Assembly: GCA_050749465.1 (NCBI GenBank)
Contig: JBOGRO010000050.1
Coordinates: 364-64,363, forward strand
DNA length: 64,000 nucleotides
Source: Thermoplasmata archaeon
Lineage (GTDB): Archaea > Thermoplasmatota > Thermoplasmata > Lutacidiplasmatales > UBA184
Direction of reading: 5' to 3'
Positions within the stretch are counted from its first letter, which is position 1. Every line of letters begins with the position of its first letter. A program made the position numbers and the translations under genes. Under the pieces are notes generated by a model. It saw only the letters and a list, made by a program, of their open reading frames with translations, was not told where the DNA came from and made no database searches. Positions 55,056-64,000 of the stretch are shown here, one piece after another.

Positions 55056-56251
55056 ACGCTCACTGCCCAGTCGGCGGGCGGGCGGTTGACGAGGGCGCGC
55101 CACGGACCGGTCCGGCCGAACGGATACGACACCGACCCCTCCGAGAGGATCCCCACACCCGCCCAATCCTCGGCCGGGTCGCCGCGCGGTTCGACGCCCG
55201 CGAGGTCGATGAGCACCGAACCCTCGGGGGCGCGGAGGCGGTCCGCGATCCCGTCCTCGAGCGCGCGACGCGCCACCGGCTTCCTCGCGAGCGTACGCCA
55301 GCGCGTGCGCGCGGGCCGGTCGAGCTCGCGCCAACCGTGGGCGCGCTTGTGCAGGCGCCGCATCGAGATCGCGCGAACGAGCTCTCGCCCCGGTCCGCCG
55401 GCGTCCGCGAGGCGGACGAGGAGTTCCCCGTCGGTCCCGTCGAACAGTTCGCGCGCCCCCTGCGGGAATCCGGGGGACCGCTCGACCGCCGCCTGGGCCA
55501 TCATCTCCGCCGCGCGGACGGTCTTGTGGAAGTACACGGTGGAGTACATCAGCGCCCGACCGACGAGGAACCCCTCCACGGCGCTGCGGCCCTTCTCGGC
55601 GAAGACGACCTGCCGGCCCACGCGCCGGATCGTATCGAGCAGTCGAACCGCATCGATCGCCCCGTGGCCAACGCCGGTGTAGTGGGCGTCCCGCTGCAGG
55701 TAATCGATGCGGTCGGCGTCGATCGCACCGTGGAGGGTCGAGCCGAACCACGGTCTCGACCTTCCGGGGGTCGGGTCGACCAGCTCGGCGACCTCTTCCG
55801 GGTCGAGCCCATGCCGGCGCAGGACGCTCGGTACCTCGGGGGGTGGACCCGTCGCCGGCGGGCGCGCGCCGAGGATCCGCTCGCGCGAGACGGTCTCGTG
55901 GCCGTAGCCGAGCACTTCCCGCATGGGGGTGTCGAGCGTGTGGGAGAAAGGAGCATGACCCAGGTCGTGGAGCAGTGCGCCGGCTCGCAGGCGACGGGCG
56001 TCGACGCTCGACAAGCCGAGGTGCGTCGCGAATCGGCTCGCGACCCAGTAGCTACCGAGCGAATGCTCGAGGCGCGTGTGGTTCGCACCGGGAAAGACGA
56101 GGTGCGCGAAGCCGGTCTGGCGGATCCCCCAGAGCCGTTGGAACTCGGGGGTCCCGATGAGCGAGAGCGCGACGGGGTCGAGCGCGATCGGACCGTGGAT
56201 CGGGTCAAAGATCGCCTTAGGGAGGTCCGCGGGACGGCGAGGCGCGCTCAC
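54986..56251 (-). CDS. HD-domain metal-dependent phosphohydrolase (dNTPase-like)
   Basis: ..FQRLWGIRQTG..NHTRLEHSLG.., LLHDLGHAPFSH, ..DADRIDYLQRD... Confidence 0.8.
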   Translation of the reverse strand: MSAPRRPADLPKAIFDPIHGPIALDPVALSLIGTPEFQRLWGIRQTGFAHLVFPGANHTRLEHSLGSYWVASRFATHLGLSSVDARRLRAGALLHDLGHAPFSHTLDTPMREVLGYGHETVSRERILGARPPATGPPPEVPSVLRRHGLDPEEVAELVDPTPGRSRPWFGSTLHGAIDADRIDYLQRDAHYTGVGHGAIDAVRLLDTIRRVGRQVVFAEKGRSAVEGFLVGRALMYSTVYFHKTVRAAEMMAQAAVERSPGFPQGARELFDGTDGELLVRLADAGGPGRELVRAISMRRLHKRAHGWRELDRPARTRWRTLARKPVARRALEDGIADRLRAPEGSVLIDLAGVEPRGDPAEDWAGVGILSEGSVSYPFGRTGPWRALVNRPPADWAVSVYVAPRFRAAAARWLARDPPLLP

Positions 56252-56425
56252 GCGCAGCCCGAGCCGCGCGGGCGGATAACGCGCCGGCCGGACCCGGGGG
56301 TCCGAGGCGACCTTGGTGCCCTCGACACGGATCGGACCCCGCCCAGCGCTCCGCCCGGACCTTTCCGAGCGGGATCCCGGAAGCGGTGCGTCTCCCGACG
56401 GACCACCAAGTTGCGAGTCGAGCCG

Positions 56426-56432
56426 TTATATC
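56426..56432 (+). promoter_or_regulatory. TATA box TTATATC for the TPR gene
   Basis: 32-38 nt upstream of ATG 56464. Only AT-rich patch in the HD/TPR divergent spacer. Confidence 0.5.
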
Positions 56433-56463
56433 TATGGAGGGAGGTAGTTCGGAGTACGCAAAG

Positions 56464-59400
56464 ATGGCCAGCGCGACCGCCTCCAACGTCGCCCCGACGA
56501 GCGGGCCCCTCGATGAGGTCCGCCGCCGGTACCGGGGGGTCCAGGACGCGGAGGGAGGACCCGACCGCAGTCAGTACACGAGCGCCCTGAAGGCGTTCCT
56601 CGCGGTCGTCGAGTCCCACCGCAAGGAGCTGGGCGACGCCGGGACCGAACTCGCGCCCTGGCTCGACGAGACCGCGATGTCGTTCTACCGGGCGAGCCAG
56701 CCCGACCTCGCCCGCCGCGCGGTCGACCTCGGGCTCGAGTTTGCGCCCGGCGCGACGTCGCTGCTCCACCACAAGGCGCTGATCCTGCTCGCGCAGAACG
56801 AGAACCTGCCCGAGGTCGTCGCGCTGACCGACAAGGCGCTCGAGGGGAACCCGCACGACAAGGGGCTCTGGGCGACCCGCGGCGACGCGCTGAAGCTGCT
56901 CGGCCAGCCGGGCGAGGCCGCCGAGGCCTACCTCCGGGCGCAGCAGCTCGACGCCTCCTCCACCCAGTACGTCGACAAGGCGCTGAAACTCCTGCCCGCC
57001 AACCCCCGCGCCCTCCGCATGAAACTCGAGCTCGCGCGGGCCCAGGGGGGCGAGCTGCCGGCGCTCGCGGCGTGCGAGGAGCTCCTGAAGGCGACGCCGG
57101 ACGACGCCGAACTCCTCCTCGCTCGCGCCGATCTCCTCGTCGCGCTCGGACGTCTTCCCGAGGCGCTGGACGCGCTCGAGCGGGTCCACGCCGTCGCGCC
57201 GGACGATCCCCGCGCGAAGATCCTCCACGTTCGCGCCCTCTTCCGGCTCGACCGGAAGGCCGAGGCGGTGCCGATGGCGAAGGGGGTGGTCGCCGCCGCG
57301 GCCTTGTCCGACTCCGCGGCGCTCGAGGAGATCGCGCGCTCGGTCGAGGCCGACGCGCCCGACCTCGCGGTCGCCGCCCGCGAGCGCCTGCGCGAGGTCG
57401 ACCCGCGGAACCTGCAGAACCTCATCGAGCTGCGCGACCTTGGCCTGCGGCTCGACCGCGTCGACGTCGCGCTCGGGGCGTGCCGCGCCCTCCTGGCGGC
57501 GCAGCCCGACCACCTCGAGGCGCTGCGCGGCATCGCCGAGCTCGAGCTCGCCGAGGGCCACACGGACGCCGCGATCGAGGGGTACCGGGCGCTCCGTGCG
57601 GCGAACCCGCACGCCGTCGGTGACCTTCGCAAGGCGATGGAGCTCGCGCGCAGTGCGAGCCAGAACGACGCGGTCCGCGAGTTCGCGCAAGCGATCCTCG
57701 CCGAAGAGCCGACCGATGTCGGCGGCCAGGTCGAGCTGGCCCGTACGCTCTCGACCGGTGGGGATGTTCCGGGCGCGCTCAAGGCGTACGACACGCTCCT
57801 CGCGGCGCACCCGGGGGAGCTCCCGTACCTCCTCGAAAAGAAAGAGGTCGTCGCGCGGACGAACGACCCGGCCCAGCTCGCGCCGGTCTTGGACGAGCTG
57901 TTCCGACTCGACCCGACGCGCACGGACGTCGCGGTCGAGCGCGGCAACCTCTACCTCGCCCTCGCCTACGACCGACCCGAAGGATCCACGGAGCGCGACC
58001 AGGCGGCCCGCACCGCGCTCGTCGCCTACGAACGCGCCTCGACGGACCCGGACGCGGCCGGGGTGAGCGAGCTCGGCATCGCGCGGGCGTCCCGTCTCGT
58101 CGGCGACCACGAGCGGGCGATCCGAGGGTACTCCGCCTTCCTCGACCGCGAGGCGAACCACGCCCGGAACGACATCCGGAAGGAGCTCGGTCACGCGCTC
58201 CGGGAGGCCGGCCGCACGTCGGAAGCGACCGAGGCGTACTCGCGCGCGATCGCAGGCGGCCTCGAGGACGCCGACCTGTTCTGGGGCACGGTCGAGGTCC
58301 TCGCGCACTCCAACCAGGAGGCCCGCGCGCTCCAGCTTCTCGAGCTCCTCCTCCAACGCGAACCGGGGAACCCGATGTACCTTCGGAAGAAGGGCCAGCT
58401 CCTCCTCCTCGCCGGACGCCGTCCCGAGGCGCTCACCGTGCTCCAGGCCGCGGTGCAAGGGACGCCGGGCGACCCGCACGCCTACTTCGAGGTCGCCGAG
58501 GCGCTCCGCGCGCAGGGCGCGTACGCGGACGCGATCGTCTACTACCGGCGCGGGCTCGAGGTCGACCCCCGCAGCCGGCACGGCCGTCTGGCGCTCGCCG
58601 AGTCCCTCCTGCTCGCCGGCCAGTACCCCGAGGTCGTCACGCTGGCCGACCAGCTGCTGAAGGAGGACCCGAACGAGCTCGCCGCGTGGAAGGCGCGCGG
58701 CGACGCCTGGCGCGCGCTCGGCCGCCCGTCGGAGCTGCTCTACTCGCTGACCGCGATCCTCCTGCTCGAACCGGACAACGCGCCGGCGCTGCTGGAAAAG
58801 TGTCGGATGCACCGGGACGCGGGCGAGAAGAAGGAGGCGTTCGAGACCCTCACGAAGCTGCTCGCGACGCACGGCGCGGAGGCGCAGGACGCGACGCTCC
58901 ATCTCGAGCGCGGCGACCTCGCCGCGAGCCTCGGTCTCGCCGAGGAGGCGAACCACTCCTACGAGCGCGCGGCGGAGATCGACCCCGTCTACCGAGTCGA
59001 GATCGCGATCCGCCGGGCGCGCCTGCGGCTCAGTTCGGGTCGACCGGACCTCGCCCTCGAGGTCCTGGATGAGGGGCTGAAGGCGTCCCCGGCCGGGGCC
59101 CCTGCGAACATCGCGGCCCTCTTGCTCCGGGCGGAGGTCCTGAGCGCCCTCGAGCGGCCGGCCGAAGCCCGGGCCGTTTACGAGGAGGTCCGACAGCGCG
59201 AGCCGCGCTCGCCGCTCGCGATCGCCGGGACCGCACGCTCGCTCCTGGACGAGGGTCGGCACGCGGATGCGCTCGAACTCCTTCGGCAGGCGATCCCGCA
59301 GGTTCCCCCACAAGAGTCGCTCTTCCTCCTCCTCGCCGAGGCGTTGAGCGGCCTCGGACACCCGGACGCGGCCTCGGACGCGCTGAAAAAGGGCGTCGAG

Positions 59401-61029
59401 GTCCTCCCGAAGAGCGTCGCCCTCTGGGTACGCTGGGGCGAGCTGGGCGTCGCACGTCAGACGTGGGCCGAGGCGGCGAACGCCTTCGCCCACGCGCTCA
59501 GCCTTACTCCGGCCGCGGTCGAGGTGCTCCTGCGGGCCGGGTTCGTCGCCGAACGGATGGGCCACCCGAACGAGGCGCTCTCCTTCTACGAACGCGCGTC
59601 CGACGCCGACCCCGCGAACAAGCAGGCGTGGACGAGCCGCGGTCTCGCGCTCCTGGCGACCGGCCGGCCCGCCGACGCGCAGGCGAGCTTCGACCGGGCG
59701 CTCGCGATCGACTCCGACTTCGGCCCGGCGAAGGACGGGAAGAAGCTCGCCACCCAGAAGACGCGGGACGTCGAGATCCAACGCTACGGCCGCGAGGCGC
59801 TCCTGCTCGAGGCGAAGTTGAACCGGACGATCGCGAAGAACGACCTTTTCGTCACGCTCCACGTCCCGTACGAGTTCCTCGAGCCGGTGCTCGCGACGAT
59901 CGGCAAGCCGCCCGACCTTCGCCTCGACCGGATCGAGGCGACGGAGGTCCACGACCTCGAGAACGCGTCCTACCACCTCGTGACCCAGGCGCTCGAGCGC
60001 CGGCCGCCCGGCATCGAGCGGCGCGGGTTCACGATGGCCGACGTGGCGGTCCTCTCCCCGCCGGGGTTCACGCTCGATCAGATCCAGCGGCTGTTCGGCT
60101 ACCTCAAGGCGGTCCTCGAGGCGGACCTGCGGCCGGAGAACCTCCAGCTCACCCCCGACGTGGAGGAGCTCGCCCGGAAGGCGTTGCTCCTGCCGCCCGA
60201 GCAGCGGACGCTCTTCCAGCTCGTGCGGAACCTGCGCGTGGGCCTGTACAAGGCCCGACTCATCAAGGTCGTCGAGGAAGCGGGCTCCGCGGTCCACGCG
60301 CCGCTCCCCTCGCTCGACCTCGGTGCGTACTCGCCCGAGTTCCGCGCGGAGGCGGACGGTGGGACCGCTCCGGAGCCGCCGGTCTCGGGCGAGGTGTACT
60401 TCGCGCCCGAGACGACCGCCGCCCTCTCTCCCGGCGCCCCGCTCGCCCCCACTGTGGCGGTCGCGGCCGCCCTCCCGCGCGCCGCACCCGCGGCGTCGGC
60501 CCCCGCCGCGGCTCCGCCCTCACCCGGACCCGCCGCCCCGCGCTGTGTCGGCTGCGGGGGGCTCGCCTCGGTGCTTCACTCTTGCGGCGTTCCCCTCTGC
60601 CAACATTGCATCGGCTCGTTCCCGAAGTGCCCCAAGTGTGGCCAGCCGATCTCGATCGACAACACCCGCGGCACGGTGGGTGTCGCGGTTCGGGCCACGT
60701 CCCCCGCTTCGGCACCGACCGGCCTCCGGGCGGTCTTCCACCGCTCGAAACCCGCCGCGGCGAGGGCCGCGGACCCCTCCGCCCCGCGCAGGGACCATCC
60801 GGCACCCGCTCGTTCCGCCCCGGAGCGACGCGTGGCACCGGCGGCCCCGCCGGCGGGGGGCGCCGCCCCGCGAAAGGATGGCGCGGCTCCGCCCGCCGTC
60901 AAGCCGCCGCCCGCGCCCACCGCGGCGCCCCATCCGATGGCCCCCAAGGTCCCGGAGCCTCCGGCCCCTCCTTCCGCGCCGGTCGCGAAGCCCCGCCGGG
61001 AGAAACCGGACGACGAGCCCCGACTCTGA
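56464..61029 (+). CDS. 1521-aa TPR-repeat protein with a C-terminal Cys/His zinc module and Pro-rich tail
   Basis: Dozens of 34-aa A/L/G/Y-patterned repeats (..AWTSRGLALLATGRPADAQASFDRALAIDSD..). C-terminal CVGCGGLASVLHSCGVPLCQHCIGSFPKCPKCG. Start moved to ATG 56464 on the basis of the TATA position. Confidence 0.8.
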   Translation: MASATASNVAPTSGPLDEVRRRYRGVQDAEGGPDRSQYTSALKAFLAVVESHRKELGDAGTELAPWLDETAMSFYRASQPDLARRAVDLGLEFAPGATSLLHHKALILLAQNENLPEVVALTDKALEGNPHDKGLWATRGDALKLLGQPGEAAEAYLRAQQLDASSTQYVDKALKLLPANPRALRMKLELARAQGGELPALAACEELLKATPDDAELLLARADLLVALGRLPEALDALERVHAVAPDDPRAKILHVRALFRLDRKAEAVPMAKGVVAAAALSDSAALEEIARSVEADAPDLAVAARERLREVDPRNLQNLIELRDLGLRLDRVDVALGACRALLAAQPDHLEALRGIAELELAEGHTDAAIEGYRALRAANPHAVGDLRKAMELARSASQNDAVREFAQAILAEEPTDVGGQVELARTLSTGGDVPGALKAYDTLLAAHPGELPYLLEKKEVVARTNDPAQLAPVLDELFRLDPTRTDVAVERGNLYLALAYDRPEGSTERDQAARTALVAYERASTDPDAAGVSELGIARASRLVGDHERAIRGYSAFLDREANHARNDIRKELGHALREAGRTSEATEAYSRAIAGGLEDADLFWGTVEVLAHSNQEARALQLLELLLQREPGNPMYLRKKGQLLLLAGRRPEALTVLQAAVQGTPGDPHAYFEVAEALRAQGAYADAIVYYRRGLEVDPRSRHGRLALAESLLLAGQYPEVVTLADQLLKEDPNELAAWKARGDAWRALGRPSELLYSLTAILLLEPDNAPALLEKCRMHRDAGEKKEAFETLTKLLATHGAEAQDATLHLERGDLAASLGLAEEANHSYERAAEIDPVYRVEIAIRRARLRLSSGRPDLALEVLDEGLKASPAGAPANIAALLLRAEVLSALERPAEARAVYEEVRQREPRSPLAIAGTARSLLDEGRHADALELLRQAIPQVPPQESLFLLLAEALSGLGHPDAASDALKKGVEVLPKSVALWVRWGELGVARQTWAEAANAFAHALSLTPAAVEVLLRAGFVAERMGHPNEALSFYERASDADPANKQAWTSRGLALLATGRPADAQASFDRALAIDSDFGPAKDGKKLATQKTRDVEIQRYGREALLLEAKLNRTIAKNDLFVTLHVPYEFLEPVLATIGKPPDLRLDRIEATEVHDLENASYHLVTQALERRPPGIERRGFTMADVAVLSPPGFTLDQIQRLFGYLKAVLEADLRPENLQLTPDVEELARKALLLPPEQRTLFQLVRNLRVGLYKARLIKVVEEAGSAVHAPLPSLDLGAYSPEFRAEADGGTAPEPPVSGEVYFAPETTAALSPGAPLAPTVAVAAALPRAAPAASAPAAAPPSPGPAAPRCVGCGGLASVLHSCGVPLCQHCIGSFPKCPKCGQPISIDNTRGTVGVAVRATSPASAPTGLRAVFHRSKPAAARAADPSAPRRDHPAPARSAPERRVAPAAPPAGGAAPRKDGAAPPAVKPPPAPTAAPHPMAPKVPEPPAPPSAPVAKPRREKPDDEPRL

Positions 61030-61089
61030 GCTTCCATCCCGCCGGCTCACCGTCTTATACTGGCCGATGCTTTTTCCGAGAAGCCTCTC

Positions 61090-61644
61090 ATGACGACTTC
61101 CGCGCCGCCGGCGCCCCGGACCCGCCTCGGCGGGATCGTGCTGACGCTGATCTTCCTCGTCGTCGCCGCCCTCATCTTCTACCTCATCTACATCGCCCTC
61201 CCCCAGAGCCAACACTTCTACGGGCTCGTCTGGATCGGAATCGTCGCCCTCCTCTTCGCGACCTTGAGCTACTTCGCCGAGTCGTTCTCGCGCGACCCGA
61301 GCGCCCAACGCTCGCTCGCGTGGGGATTCTACGGGATGGGGTTCGCCGTCCTCTTCCTGACGATCGGCCTCGCACCGTCGTACGGGATCGCGCTCGGCAT
61401 CTGGCTTCCCGTCGGCCTTCTCCTGACGGCGATCGCGCTCGGCGTCTCGATCGCGCTCGTCATCTGGCGGATCCGCGCCGTCACGACGACCGCCCAGCGC
61501 CTGGAGGTCCGCGAGCAGTGGCGCGAGCGTCCGGCCCCGTCGGCGTTCACGTACGCGGCCGCGAACTCGCCGAGCGTCCCGGCCTCCGCGCCGGCGCCCT
61601 CGCCGCCGCCGCCGAGCCCGACGTCTCCGCCCCGGAGCCCGTGA
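61090..61644 (+). CDS. four-TM membrane protein with Pro-rich C-terminus
   Basis: Four hydrophobic helices. TATA-like CTTATAC at 61054-61060, 30 nt upstream of the start. Confidence 0.6.
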   Translation: MTTSAPPAPRTRLGGIVLTLIFLVVAALIFYLIYIALPQSQHFYGLVWIGIVALLFATLSYFAESFSRDPSAQRSLAWGFYGMGFAVLFLTIGLAPSYGIALGIWLPVGLLLTAIALGVSIALVIWRIRAVTTTAQRLEVREQWRERPAPSAFTYAAANSPSVPASAPAPSPPPPSPTSPPRSP

Positions 61645-61645
61645 G

Positions 61646-62302
61646 ATGGCGGCCTCGATCTCCTGTCCGAAGTGCGGCGCGTCGGCCCCGGGGGGCACGA
61701 AGTTCTGCCCGCAGTGCGGCGCCGCGCTCGCTCCGCCCCCGGCCCCCGTCGCCGCATCGGGCGCCACGCCGATCGACCTGCGCCAAAAGGTCGACGCCGA
61801 CCGCGGCGTACTGAAGCGGCTCCAGCTCCTCGTTCCCGGCTACCGCGGGTACCGGGAAGCGACGGACATTCAAGCGGCCGACAGCCTGCTACGGATCCAG
61901 GTCGCCGACAAGCTCAAGAACGCCCGGACGACCGTCGAGAACACCCGCCAGGCGCTCGTGCAGGCGAACCAGTTCACGGCGCTCAACGACCTCGCACCAC
62001 TCCTCGCCGACCTCTGGAAGCTTGAGGGGGAGATCCGCAACGCGGAGCAGGGGTACACGGGAATGTCGCCCGCGGTCCGTATCAATCCGCAGCAGCTCGA
62101 CCGGCTCTACGAGTACGACTTCGGCTTCGCGCAGGCCGGCGATCAGCTCTCGCAGACGGTCGCGAGCCTACCGGCCCTCGCCACCGGCCCGTCGGCGAGC
62201 CAGTCGGGTGCGGTGATCGCGACCGCGCGCGGCCAGGTCGGCCAGCTCGACCAGGCGTTCAAGGCCCGGGTCCAGGCGATCGAAGGGATCCGCGTTTCGT
62301 AA
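61646..62302 (+). CDS. N-terminal Zn-ribbon plus helical protein
   Basis: CPKCGASAPGGTKFCPQCG followed by a helical domain. The start lies 1 nt after the previous stop. Confidence 0.65.
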   Translation: MAASISCPKCGASAPGGTKFCPQCGAALAPPPAPVAASGATPIDLRQKVDADRGVLKRLQLLVPGYRGYREATDIQAADSLLRIQVADKLKNARTTVENTRQALVQANQFTALNDLAPLLADLWKLEGEIRNAEQGYTGMSPAVRINPQQLDRLYEYDFGFAQAGDQLSQTVASLPALATGPSASQSGAVIATARGQVGQLDQAFKARVQAIEGIRVS

Positions 62303-62323
62303 TCCAACGGAGGTAGAGAACCG

Positions 62324-63490
62324 ATGGTGACCAACAACCCGATCCCGGCGCAGGGCGGCAGCCTGATCGGCGCGACGACGATCAACTGGGAGGACGCCTA
62401 CAAGGGCCCCAACGTGATGTGGCGCGTCCCGCGCAACATCAAGTGGGGCGACAACGTCGTCGTCCGCCAGGACGAGACCGCGGTCTTCTACCGGGACGGG
62501 AAGGTCCTCGCCTACCTCGAGCGACCCGACCGCTACTCGCTCACGAGCCTGAACGCGCGGCTGCTCGGGAACATCGTCCAGGCGCTGTCGGGCGTCCGCC
62601 AGGAGGCAGAGGTCTACTACCTGCAGCGCCGCGTCTTCGACGGGAAGTTCGGGAGCACCGAGCCGTACGTCTTCCGGGACCCCGACTTCGGCCTCGTCCA
62701 GCTCCGGGTCTTCGGCTCCTACCGCTGGCGCGTCGGCGCGCCGGACAACTTCATCAACCAGTTCGTCGGGACGTTCGGCGCGGTCACGTCGCCGGACGTC
62801 GAGGCGCGCCTGCGCGACCAGATGGTCCTGCTCGTCTACAACACGCTCGGGAAGCTCAAGGACCAGGGAATGCGGGTCACCGACCTGGCGACCCAGCTGA
62901 CGACGATCGAGCAGGCCGTGCTCGGCGCGGTCCCCCAGCACTTCGGCCCGTTCGGGGTCGAGGTCCCGCAGATCCAGGGCCTCTCGATCAACCTCCCCGA
63001 CGACGTCCAGCAGGCGGTCGACACCCGCTCGAAGATGGGCGTCCTCGGCGTGAACTACATGCAGTACCAGGCCGGCCAGGCGATGACGACCGCGGCCGCG
63101 AACACCTCGGGCGCGGCCGGCACGCTCGCGGGCGCCGGGGTCGGGCTCGGCGCGGGGATGGGGATCGGCTACGGGATGACCGGCCAGATGGCGAACGCCT
63201 ATGGCCCCGGCCCGATGACGCCGTGCCCAAAGTGCGGGACGCTCGTCCCGCCGTCGTCCCGGTTCTGCCCGAGCTGCGGACAAGCGATGGGCGGCGGTCC
63301 CCCCGCGGGTGCGACCGGTGGGACGCCGTGCCCGAAGTGCGGTCAACCGGTTCCGCCGGGGATGAAGTTCTGCCCGAACTGCGGGGCGTCCATGGCGCCG
63401 CCGGCGCCTCGGACCTGCCCGAAGTGCGGGAAGTCGGTCACGACGAGCGGGAAGTTCTGTCCGGAATGCGGAGCGCCGCTCTCCCCGTAG
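62324..63490 (+). CDS. SPFH/band-7-related (YdjI-like) protein with three C-terminal double-zinc-ribbon repeats
   Basis: GGAGGT lies 9 nt upstream of the start. N-terminal ..VVVRQDETAVFYRDGKVL.. beta-rich SPFH-like domain. C-terminus carries CPKCGTLVPPSSRFCPSCG, CPKCGQPVPPGMKFCPNCG and CPKCGKSVTTSGKFCPECG. Confidence 0.75.
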   Translation: MVTNNPIPAQGGSLIGATTINWEDAYKGPNVMWRVPRNIKWGDNVVVRQDETAVFYRDGKVLAYLERPDRYSLTSLNARLLGNIVQALSGVRQEAEVYYLQRRVFDGKFGSTEPYVFRDPDFGLVQLRVFGSYRWRVGAPDNFINQFVGTFGAVTSPDVEARLRDQMVLLVYNTLGKLKDQGMRVTDLATQLTTIEQAVLGAVPQHFGPFGVEVPQIQGLSINLPDDVQQAVDTRSKMGVLGVNYMQYQAGQAMTTAAANTSGAAGTLAGAGVGLGAGMGIGYGMTGQMANAYGPGPMTPCPKCGTLVPPSSRFCPSCGQAMGGGPPAGATGGTPCPKCGQPVPPGMKFCPNCGASMAPPAPRTCPKCGKSVTTSGKFCPECGAPLSP

Positions 63491-63523
63491 CGGGGGCGCC
63501 GACGTCGAGCTCGAGAGGTTCAG

Positions 63524-64000
63524 ATGACGGTCTACTGCGAGAAGTGCGGAGCCCAGCTGCCGGACGGAGCCCAATTCTGCTTCAAGTGCGGCACCCCGAC
63601 CGGAAGCGCCAAGGCGCCGTCCGCGGCCGGGCCGGCAAAACCGAGCGGCGCCGGCGTTCCGCTGATCGGGGGGGGCGGGGCCCAGGAGTTGAAGTGCCCC
63701 TCGTGCGGCGCGCCGATCCACCCGACGTTCGGGGAGATGGTGATCAGCTGCGACTACTGCGGCGCGTCCGTCACGCTCGGCGGAGCGGGCTGGAAGGAGA
63801 TCAACAAGCACACGATGCTGAAGATCAAGGTCGTGGACCAGAACGGCGCCCGGGACGTCGTGCGCGCCTATCTCGACCAGGGGTTCTTTCACCACAAGGA
63901 TTTCGAGGAGTCGAAGGTCGCCGAGGCCCACCTCAGCTACGTTCCGTTCTGGGTGATGCCGGTCTCGGCGTCGACGACCTACCAGTACCAGGCGGTGGCG
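63524..64000 (+). CDS. Zn-ribbon protein, 5' partial (continues beyond the window)
   Basis: My own translation: MTVYCEKCGAQLPDGAQFCFKCG..KCPSCGAPIHPTFGEMVISCDYCG... Open to the window end. GAGAGG upstream of the start. Not in the ORF track. Confidence 0.65.
   Translation, partial: MTVYCEKCGAQLPDGAQFCFKCGTPTGSAKAPSAAGPAKPSGAGVPLIGGGGAQELKCPSCGAPIHPTFGEMVISCDYCGASVTLGGAGWKEINKHTMLKIKVVDQNGARDVVRAYLDQGFFHHKDFEESKVAEAHLSYVPFWVMPVSASTTYQYQAVA

Noticed and set aside
56248-60297. 1349-aa minus-strand ORF
   Set aside because: It is antisense to the TPR-repeat gene, which has an unmistakable 34-aa repeat periodicity. The antisense product is Arg/Glu/Leu/Pro junk with no motifs.
1-64000. CRISPR arrays, rRNA genes and prophage structural genes
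   Set aside because: None seen. There are no repeat-spacer periodicity, no rRNA-like conserved blocks, and no capsid, terminase or portal-like ORFs.

Overview
Very GC-rich archaeal chromosomal segment, judged by eye and not computed. The archaeal assignment rests on TFB, aIF6, Gar1, ribosomal proteins S17e, S19e, L31e and L39e, AT-rich TATA boxes about 25-35 nt upstream of start codons (mostly leaderless genes), and an intron-containing tRNA. I cannot place the lineage more precisely than a high-GC euryarchaeote or Thermoplasmatota-like organism. Genes are tightly packed. Because of the GC content, almost every real gene is shadowed by long Arg/Pro/Gly-rich antisense or off-frame ORFs in the supplied track, and I rejected those. 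Recognisable content, left to right: a partial IS701-type transposase, a large secreted protein, a roughly 690-nt ORF-free structured region, GltD-like and SDR oxidoreductases, and a PadR regulator followed by a multiply disrupted ABC-2 exporter. Next come a GH15 glycosidase, TauE/DUF1634, a phosphohexomutase, Mut7-C, a Trm11-like methyltransferase, a site-2 protease and PPAT. After these: a vWA / GTPase / 1019-aa coiled-coil operon, a 7TM-sensor/HK/REC/REC-PAS-Hpt/CheY phosphorelay, three KaiC/RecA-like ATPases and a ribosomal-protein/aIF6 cluster. The rest comprises a molybdenum-hydroxylase cluster (MocA-XdhC-CoxSLM-like), PurN, TldD/PmbA, TFB-Gar1, a GG-terminal ubiquitin-like ORF abutting tRNA-Ser, PGI/PMI, EVE and HD proteins, a 1521-aa TPR protein and an SPFH/zinc-ribbon operon. 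The best candidates for undescribed biology are: (1) the translationally coupled vWA-GTPase-coiled-coil module; (2) the KaiC-like pair carrying a polyproline tail; (3) the tRNA-Ser (T-loop intron) / Ubl / paralogous Zn-ribbon helical protein locus; and (4) the TPR plus SPFH/zinc-ribbon cluster. All functional calls rest on my own reading of motifs. No database search was possible.
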